Shown: positions 58,048 through 64,000 of the stretch, one piece after another
Position numbering within the stretch: position 1 is the first letter of the stretch
Layout of the letters: each line of letters begins with the position of its first letter
The notes under the pieces: generated by a model
Seen by the model: the letters and a program-made list of their open reading frames with translations, nothing else
Database searches by the model: none
What the model was told of the DNA's origin: nothing
Assembly (NCBI GenBank): GCA_021823625.1
Contig: JAKANS010000008.1
Span: 26-64,025 of the forward strand
Reading direction: 5' to 3'
Length of the DNA: 64,000 bases
From: a bacterium
GTDB taxonomy: Bacteria > Verrucomicrobiota > Verrucomicrobiia > Limisphaerales > J093
Position numbers and translations under genes: made by a program

Positions 58048-59594
58048 AAGCCACGCGCATTCTATTCTTGTCCGGGATCGGACTCCTCTTCGCGGTTTTC
58101 TTCATCGGCATTTACGTGGTGCCGCGCGCGCAGTCCGGCACTCCGAAGACGGCACGGCAGAGCGACGCCGCGCGGGTGCCGATCTCGGATGTCTATCTTG
58201 ATATTACCTATGCCACGCCGGATTTCGTGAAGCGGGTCAAGCTGGAGCCGTATCTGCAGCGTTATCAAGGGCGCGCCCAACCGTTCCTGGTCGGCCTGAA
58301 CACGCACGTCGGCTCCATCGAACACGTTGACTTGCGCGGCAAGGTGCTGCTCGAAGACGACCACGGCGACACCTATCCCTCCCTTGGCGCGCCCGTGGTG
58401 GTGAGCGAACACCACAACCTCTATCTCATTGTGTTTCCTCTGCTCGATAACTACGGCAAGCCGATCTTTGGCGCGAACCGCGATCATTTCCGTCTGCTCG
58501 TCTCCGACGTGGGCAAAACACCGAAACGCGTCTTCGCGTGGAAGCTGCCGGTGGTCGAACCGGCCCCGGCGCGCACACTGGCCACAACGCTAGTTTTCAT
58601 GCTCGGCGTGATTGGCGCGCTCATGGTCATTCTCAGCCCGTGCGCCATTGAACTCACCACATACTATACCGGCATCATTGCGGGGGTGGTCAGTTCCGCC
58701 GCGCTCGCCGAACGCGACGCCCGGCTGCCCGCGCCGGTGCGACGGCGCATTCTTGTCAACCTGGCCGGCTTTGTGGCCGGCTTCACACTGCTCTACATGA
58801 TCAGCGGCGCCACCGTGTCGCTGATCGGCCGCAGTTTGATCAGCGGCGAAGGCGCCGTGGCCAAACAAATCCAGCCGGTCATCGAGGCGATCTGCGGTCC
58901 CAACCCGGGCGCGCTCTGGCAAGGCCGGTCCAGCACGACCAAGGTCGCGACGACTCCCGCCCATTCAGGGCACGAAGGTCACACCCGGCTCTTCGGACAC
59001 TGGACCGGCTTCGCAAACTGGCTCGGCGCGGCGTTCCTCGTCTTCTTTGCCCTGAAGGCGCTCGGCCTGTTCAAACGCAGTGCGTCGTGCTTTGTCTGGC
59101 TCGGCAAACTGGGCCGCAAAATCCGGCTCGGTCTGGCCGCGGCGGTTGAGCTGGTTTCGCCGAAACGCGCCGCCATCATCCGCCAACCCTGCCTCGGCCT
59201 GCGCCAGCCGGGCAACATCACACCGCTCAACTCATTTTGTGCCGGGCTGGGTCTGTCCGTGAGTTGCCTGACCTGCATGGGCGGGGCGATTCTGTATCCG
59301 CTGCTGATCTTCATCGGCACCTCGACATGGTATCTCGGCGCGCTGGTGCTGGGCACTTACTCGCTGGCGCTGGCGGTGCCGATGGCGGCCATCGCGGTGT
59401 CCGTCGGGGACTTCACCTGGAAATATGCGAACCGCCCCTGGCTGATGCGTGGCCTCCAATGGACCAGCGCGGTGGTAATGATCAGCGTCGCCGTCTTGAT
59501 CGCCTTCGAGCGCACGCGCTTCATCAACACGGCCGTCTTTACTCTGCTGGGCTTCATTGGTGGAAATCCTGACCCCACCCTCGCGAAGTTGTGA
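58044..59594 (+). CDS. Periplasmic domain fused to a CcdA/DsbD-beta-like transmembrane domain
   Basis: N-terminal anchor, soluble domain with NTH and EHH, then ILSPC and CLTCMGGAIL in a multi-TM region with a His-rich loop. Confidence 0.72.
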   Translation: MKATRILFLSGIGLLFAVFFIGIYVVPRAQSGTPKTARQSDAARVPISDVYLDITYATPDFVKRVKLEPYLQRYQGRAQPFLVGLNTHVGSIEHVDLRGKVLLEDDHGDTYPSLGAPVVVSEHHNLYLIVFPLLDNYGKPIFGANRDHFRLLVSDVGKTPKRVFAWKLPVVEPAPARTLATTLVFMLGVIGALMVILSPCAIELTTYYTGIIAGVVSSAALAERDARLPAPVRRRILVNLAGFVAGFTLLYMISGATVSLIGRSLISGEGAVAKQIQPVIEAICGPNPGALWQGRSSTTKVATTPAHSGHEGHTRLFGHWTGFANWLGAAFLVFFALKALGLFKRSASCFVWLGKLGRKIRLGLAAAVELVSPKRAAIIRQPCLGLRQPGNITPLNSFCAGLGLSVSCLTCMGGAILYPLLIFIGTSTWYLGALVLGTYSLALAVPMAAIAVSVGDFTWKYANRPWLMRGLQWTSAVVMISVAVLIAFERTRFINTAVFTLLGFIGGNPDPTLAKL

Positions 59595-61096
59595 GTTCGC
59601 TGCGGTCAATTCAGTTCGATGAAGAGTGTCGAAGGACTCGCGCCCCCCGGAAGCTGTGCAGGTGCGCCAGTGTCTTGGATTGTGGCGGTTCTCTGATTTT
59701 TTCGCTTGTCCTGCTTTCCTTCCAGGTGAGTGCGCCAGCGGAGACCATTGCCGCCACGGACTCTCTCTCCCACGCCGTCGCCACCGCGAAGAGCGGCGAC
59801 ACCATCCTGGTCACCGGCCCGACGGTCTTCCGCGAGCGCGTTGTCCTCGACAAACCCCTGCACCTGCTCGGCACGAACTCGCCCGTCATCGACGCCGGTG
59901 GCGCCGGCACTCCCATCACGATCCAAGCCGCAGGCGTCAGCGTGCGCGGTTTCACGGTGCGCAATGGCGGCCGCGATCTGGGCACCTTCGATGCCGGCAT
60001 CATGATTGCCGCGGACGGCGTGACGGTGGCCGACTGCCGCGTCGAAGGCGGCGGTTTCGGCATCTACCTTCGCGGTGTCAACGATTGTCGCGTCGAGAAC
60101 AACACGGTCCTGGGTGACACGAACGTTCCGCCCGCCCAGCGTGGCAATGGTGTGCACCTCTGGAAGACGCGGCACAACGTCATCGCGGGCAACTCCATCG
60201 CCGGCACGCGCGACGGGGCCTATTTCTCCTATGCCGACGACAACCTGATCGCGAGCAATCGGATCGAGGAAACGCGCTTCGGCATCCATTACATGTACTC
60301 CCACCGGAACCGACTGCTGGGAAACACGCTCGACCGCAACGCGGTGGGCGCCGCCCTGATGTTCGCGCGCGACTGCGTGGTCGAGGGCAACCGCGCCTTC
60401 GCCAACCGGCGGCACGGCATCCTGCTGATGCAAGTCGAGCACTCGCGTCTCGCACGCAATACCGTATGGGGTCAGAACCGCGGGCTCTTCGTGCAACTGG
60501 CGGTGCAGAATCGCTTCGAGGAGAACGTCATTGCCAACAACGACATCGGCCTCTATCTGAGCAATGGTTCGGAGGAAAACGTCTTCACGGGTAATGCCTT
60601 TCTCCGCAACACCGACCAAGTCTGGCAGCCGCTCAATGAAGTTGCGAAGGGTCGGCAGGCCGCGAACCAGTTCTCCGATCGCGGGCGCGGCAATTATTGG
60701 AGCGACTACACCGGCGCCGATGCGGATCAAGACGGCGTGGGCGACACGCCTTATCACGAGACCGATCTTTTCGGCTACATCGTGGATCGGCATCCGGAAG
60801 CCCGCGTCTTCGCGCTCAGCCCCGCCCTGGCCCTGCTCCGCAAAGGCGAGGAACTGCTGCCGCTGCTGGAGACGCCCGGCGTGACGGATCCTGCGCCGCT
60901 GATGACTCCACCGCGTCTGAAAACCGAAACTCGAATCTCGAAATCCGAAGGAAAACTGAAATCCGAAGTCCGAAATGCCACCGCGGCGCGAACCGCCGGC
61001 CAAGGCTTCGGATTTCGAAGCTCGGATTTGTTTCGGATTTCGAAGTTCGTGCTTCGGATTGTGAACGGTGAGCCGCTGGCGACCTTTTTCAGATGA
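59591..61096 (+). CDS. nosD: Nitrous-oxide reductase maturation protein NosD (start uncertain)
   Basis: RGNGVHLW, RDGAYF, RFGIHYMYS, GNYWSDY, DGVGDTPY, DPAPLM. Confidence 0.92.
   Translation: MSSLRSIQFDEECRRTRAPRKLCRCASVLDCGGSLIFSLVLLSFQVSAPAETIAATDSLSHAVATAKSGDTILVTGPTVFRERVVLDKPLHLLGTNSPVIDAGGAGTPITIQAAGVSVRGFTVRNGGRDLGTFDAGIMIAADGVTVADCRVEGGGFGIYLRGVNDCRVENNTVLGDTNVPPAQRGNGVHLWKTRHNVIAGNSIAGTRDGAYFSYADDNLIASNRIEETRFGIHYMYSHRNRLLGNTLDRNAVGAALMFARDCVVEGNRAFANRRHGILLMQVEHSRLARNTVWGQNRGLFVQLAVQNRFEENVIANNDIGLYLSNGSEENVFTGNAFLRNTDQVWQPLNEVAKGRQAANQFSDRGRGNYWSDYTGADADQDGVGDTPYHETDLFGYIVDRHPEARVFALSPALALLRKGEELLPLLETPGVTDPAPLMTPPRLKTETRISKSEGKLKSEVRNATAARTAGQGFGFRSSDLFRISKFVLRIVNGEPLATFFR
60921..61060. 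repeat. Imperfect inverted repeat built from AATCCGA-like heptamers, read in frame within the nosD 3' end
   Basis: CTCGAAATCCGAAGGAAAACTGAAATCCGAAGTCCGAA ... TTCGGATTTCGAAGCTCGGATTTGTTTCGGATTTCGAAG. Confidence 0.75.
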
Positions 61097-61833
61097 ACGC
61101 CTGCCTCGAATTCAACCAAGTCGCCAAGCGCTACGGCAGCGTTCGTGCCCTCGCAGGCGTGGAGCTGGCCGTAGCCGCGGGCAGCATCCTGGCGTTGCTG
61201 GGTCCGAACGGTGCCGGCAAGTCCACGCTGTTCGGTTGCCTGCTGGGGTTGATTCGTCCGAGCCGTGGTGAGGTTCTTTGGCAAGGGCAGCCGATTCGCG
61301 ATGCCGACCGCCGCGCCGTGTTTGGCTATCTGCCCGAACGCATCGCGCTCTATCCGCATCGGACCGTCCGGGACAACGGACTCTTCTTCGCCCGCTTGAA
61401 GGGCCACCCGCCGGCGGAACTCGAGCGCCAACTCAAGCGGGTGGGACTTTACGCCGCGCAGGACCGCCCGGTGCGCCAGCTCTCGAAAGGCATGCTGCAA
61501 CGGCTCGGACTCGCGCTCGCCCTTTGCGGCCAGCCGCAAGTCCTGGTGCTCGACGAACCTTTCAACGGCCTCGATCCGGCGTTGCTGGACGGCTTGCAGG
61601 GAATCCTCCAGGAAGAGCACGCGCGCGGCGCCACACTGCTGATTTCCACGCACACCATGTCTGCCATCGAACCGCTCGCCACGCACGCCGCCATCCTGCT
61701 GGAAGGCCGCTTGGCCGCCCGCGGCTCGCTGGGCGAATTGCGCGCCCAGCACGGCGAAGATTCGCTGGAGGCCGTTTACCATCGCATCGCTCGCCGGCAA
61801 CGCAGCCGCGAACGGGAGGAGGTGATCGCATGA
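61093..61833 (+). CDS. nosF: ABC transporter ATP-binding protein NosF
   Basis: GPNGAGKST, LSKGMLQR, VLDEP, STH; follows nosD. Confidence 0.88.
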   Translation: MNACLEFNQVAKRYGSVRALAGVELAVAAGSILALLGPNGAGKSTLFGCLLGLIRPSRGEVLWQGQPIRDADRRAVFGYLPERIALYPHRTVRDNGLFFARLKGHPPAELERQLKRVGLYAAQDRPVRQLSKGMLQRLGLALALCGQPQVLVLDEPFNGLDPALLDGLQGILQEEHARGATLLISTHTMSAIEPLATHAAILLEGRLAARGSLGELRAQHGEDSLEAVYHRIARRQRSREREEVIA

Positions 61834-62726
61834 AACCGCTTTGGCTCATCGCCACAAAGGAATTCAGCGATCGCTTCCGCAGCGGCTGGGTGATCGCCTG
61901 CACGGCGGTCTGGTTGGGGGCGATCGCGTTGACGAGCCTCTTCGGTCTGGCGCAAATCGGCCGCATCGGCGTGCAAGGCTACGAGCGCACGGTCGTGAGC
62001 CTGCTGAACCTCGTGCAATACCTCGTGCCGTTGCTGGCGCTGCTGCTCGGGCACGATCTCATGGTAAGCGAACGCGAGGAGCGCACGCTGGCCTTGATCG
62101 TGGCTGGCGGAACGAGCCGGGCGCGTGTCCTCCTTGGCAAGTTTTTGGGTGGCGTGTTGACGCTGGCGTTTCCGCTTACGCTTGGGTTTGCCATCGCGGG
62201 CACGGCCATTGGATTGGCGGCGAAGGACCGCGCCGTGGGTTCGTTCCTCACGCTGGCGCTATCGGGGTTGGTGCTGGGTGTCGTGTTCCTCGCCATCGGG
62301 CTGCTCATTTCCACCTGCTGCCGCACGCGGGTGCAGGCGCTGGTGCTGGCGCTGCTCGCCTGGTGCGGGGCCGTGTTTGTCTTCGACCTGGTGGCGATGG
62401 GCGTGGTGCTCAGCTCCAACTCCGCCCAAGCGGCGCTGGAGATCGAAACCGCCACCGACGCCATGCACGTCAACTCCGCAGCCGACCTGCACAAAGCCTT
62501 CGCCGGCGAGACGGAACCCCGCCCCGCGCACGCCGCGCTCGCACAGCGCTCGCAGACGCTGGCGAGCTGGTTGCTCATCAACCCGGTGGACGTGTTCCGC
62601 GCCGTCAATTTACCCAAACCCGCCGCCCTCGCGGTGCCCATCCCGCTGGCCACCGCCTCGGTTCTGCTTTGGCTGGGCCTGTCGCTGGGCGGAGGCATCT
62701 GGAAACTGCAACGAATCGACTTATGA
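61830..62726 (+). CDS. nosY: ABC transporter permease NosY
   Basis: IATKEFSD, YLVPLLALLLG, EREERTL, GKFLG, INPVDVFR. Confidence 0.88.
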   Translation: MKPLWLIATKEFSDRFRSGWVIACTAVWLGAIALTSLFGLAQIGRIGVQGYERTVVSLLNLVQYLVPLLALLLGHDLMVSEREERTLALIVAGGTSRARVLLGKFLGGVLTLAFPLTLGFAIAGTAIGLAAKDRAVGSFLTLALSGLVLGVVFLAIGLLISTCCRTRVQALVLALLAWCGAVFVFDLVAMGVVLSSNSAQAALEIETATDAMHVNSAADLHKAFAGETEPRPAHAALAQRSQTLASWLLINPVDVFRAVNLPKPAALAVPIPLATASVLLWLGLSLGGGIWKLQRIDL

Positions 62727-63649
62727 AAGCGAAAACCACCCTGGCTTTGTTGTGCCTCGCCACCCTGGCCGCGATCACCGCCGCCGTGTTGGTTGCCCAT
62801 CTGCCTCACGCGTCGGCCCATGCCGCCTCGAGCGCCGCGGACCGGCAAACCTTCGACGTCAAGGGCGTGGTCCGCAGCCTGGATGCCGACGGCACGACGG
62901 TCCACATCGAGCACGAAGAAATCCCCGGCTACATGCCGTCCATGACCATGCCGTTCACGGTCAAGGACCCGACGGAGCTGCGCGGCTTGAAGGCTGGCGA
63001 CGCCGTGAAGTTCCGGCTCGTGGTCACCAAGGACGATTCGTGGATCGCGGACCTTGCGAAGCTCGACCAGGCGCCCGCCGACATGGCAAAACCAGTCCCC
63101 GCGGCTCCCGCCGAAGCTTCGGCCGCGGACCCCGTGGCCATTGGCTCGCCGGTGCCGGACTTCACCTTGACCGATCAGAATGGCGAGAGCTTTCACCTGC
63201 GCGACTATCGCGGGCAGGCCGTGCTGGTGACCTTCATCTACACGCGCTGTCCGCTGCCCAATTACTGCCCGCTCATGTCCAGGAACTTCGCCTCCTTGCA
63301 GGCGCGGCTGAGCAAAGAGTTCCCCGGCAAGTTCCACCTGTTGTCGGTGAGTTTCGATCCGGCGTTCGACACGCCGCAGGTGCTCAAGGACTATGCCGCG
63401 CGCTACAACCGCGACGAGAAGACCTGGACCTTCGCCTGCGGTACGCCGGAGCAGGTGGATCGCGTGGCCCAACTCTTCGGCCTGCTCTACAAACCTGAAG
63501 GCGGCGTGATCACGCATGATTTGCGGACGGCCCTGATCTCCCCCGAAGGCCGGCTCGTCCACATCTGGCGGAGCAACGTGTGGACGCCTTTCGAGGTCCA
63601 GCGCCGGGTGCGCGAGACGATGATCCCCGCCCAACAGGCCCGTCTCTGA
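62723..63649 (+). CDS. CusF-like copper-binding domain fused to an SCO/SenC domain
   Basis: HEEIPGYMPSMTMPF (His-Met-Met), then FTLTDQNG, YTRCPLPNYCP, SFDPAFDTP, THDLRT. Confidence 0.88.
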   Translation: MKAKTTLALLCLATLAAITAAVLVAHLPHASAHAASSAADRQTFDVKGVVRSLDADGTTVHIEHEEIPGYMPSMTMPFTVKDPTELRGLKAGDAVKFRLVVTKDDSWIADLAKLDQAPADMAKPVPAAPAEASAADPVAIGSPVPDFTLTDQNGESFHLRDYRGQAVLVTFIYTRCPLPNYCPLMSRNFASLQARLSKEFPGKFHLLSVSFDPAFDTPQVLKDYAARYNRDEKTWTFACGTPEQVDRVAQLFGLLYKPEGGVITHDLRTALISPEGRLVHIWRSNVWTPFEVQRRVRETMIPAQQARL

Positions 63650-63706
63650 TCGAACTCGCGAAGTACTGGCATTGCCCCGCACCACCATTGGCCCGCGGGC
63701 GGCGCC

Positions 63707-64000
63707 TCAGCGCCACAGCCGCCAGACGCCGCGGAGGTCCTGCCTGATCGTCCGGAGCAGGCGCACCCGGCTGTCGGGGTCGTCCACCCAACGCACCGGT
63801 AATTCGGCAATCCGCCAGCCCTGCCGCTGCGCGAGCACGAGTAATTCGGTGTCGAAGAAGAAACCCGTATCCGCCACCTGCGGCAGCAACGCTTGCGCGG
63901 CGCGATGGGAAAGGGCCTTGAATCCGCATTGCGCGTCGGCCACGCGCAACCCCAGCGCCCGATGCAAAAGCCAGTTGTAACCACGGGAAAGGAGTTCTCG
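63707..64000 (-). CDS. C-terminus of a GT2 (dolichyl-phosphate glucosyltransferase-like) protein, cut by the window edge
   Basis: DAQCGFKA, FFDTELL, ELPVRWVDDPDSRV. Confidence 0.85.
   Translation of the reverse strand, partial: RELLSRGYNWLLHRALGLRVADAQCGFKALSHRAAQALLPQVADTGFFFDTELLVLAQRQGWRIAELPVRWVDDPDSRVRLLRTIRQDLRGVWRLWR

Noticed and set aside
59660..59700. REP-like insertion in the nosD 5' end (GCGCCAGTGTCTTGGATTGTGGCGG)
   Set aside because: It resembles repeats recalled from related genomes, but no second copy is in this window.

Overview
A GC-rich bacterial window, most likely from Verrucomicrobiota (Pedosphaerales/Limisphaerales-like). The taxonomy is inferred from PEP-CTERM and prepilin/H-X9-DG proteins, a long PVC-type GreA, futalosine-pathway MqnD and C-terminal 'STDLxxW...FFR' domains. 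From left to right: the 3' end of an IS integrase; recQ; a sulfate assimilation operon (cysI-cysH-cysD-cysN) with a four-helix-bundle gene and a secreted vanadium haloperoxidase/PAP2 gene inside it; a decayed patch (RHS fragment, IS3 end, GH43 fragment, MITE-like repeats); Tat-exported oxidoreductases; a TonB-dependent receptor facing a mini TonB-box protein; mqnD, LOG, M16 peptidase, DUF481 and a radical SAM gene; an interrupted GH39; a glucosylglycerate-type compatible-solute cluster; tRNA-Arg(TCG); rsmB, greA and gap; an ABC-ATPase plus TOPRIM-like (DUF3226) pair; recG; a surface-protein island with three mosaic paralogs; and an FNR-box-preceded, Sec/lipoprotein-type (clade II-like) N2O reductase operon. 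The nos operon is the best candidate for an undescribed system. It has a diheme cytochrome c fused to a second CuA-like domain, a CcdA-like fusion protein and a CusF-SCO fusion, but no nosL, nosR or nosG/H. All calls come from motif recognition by eye; no searches were run.
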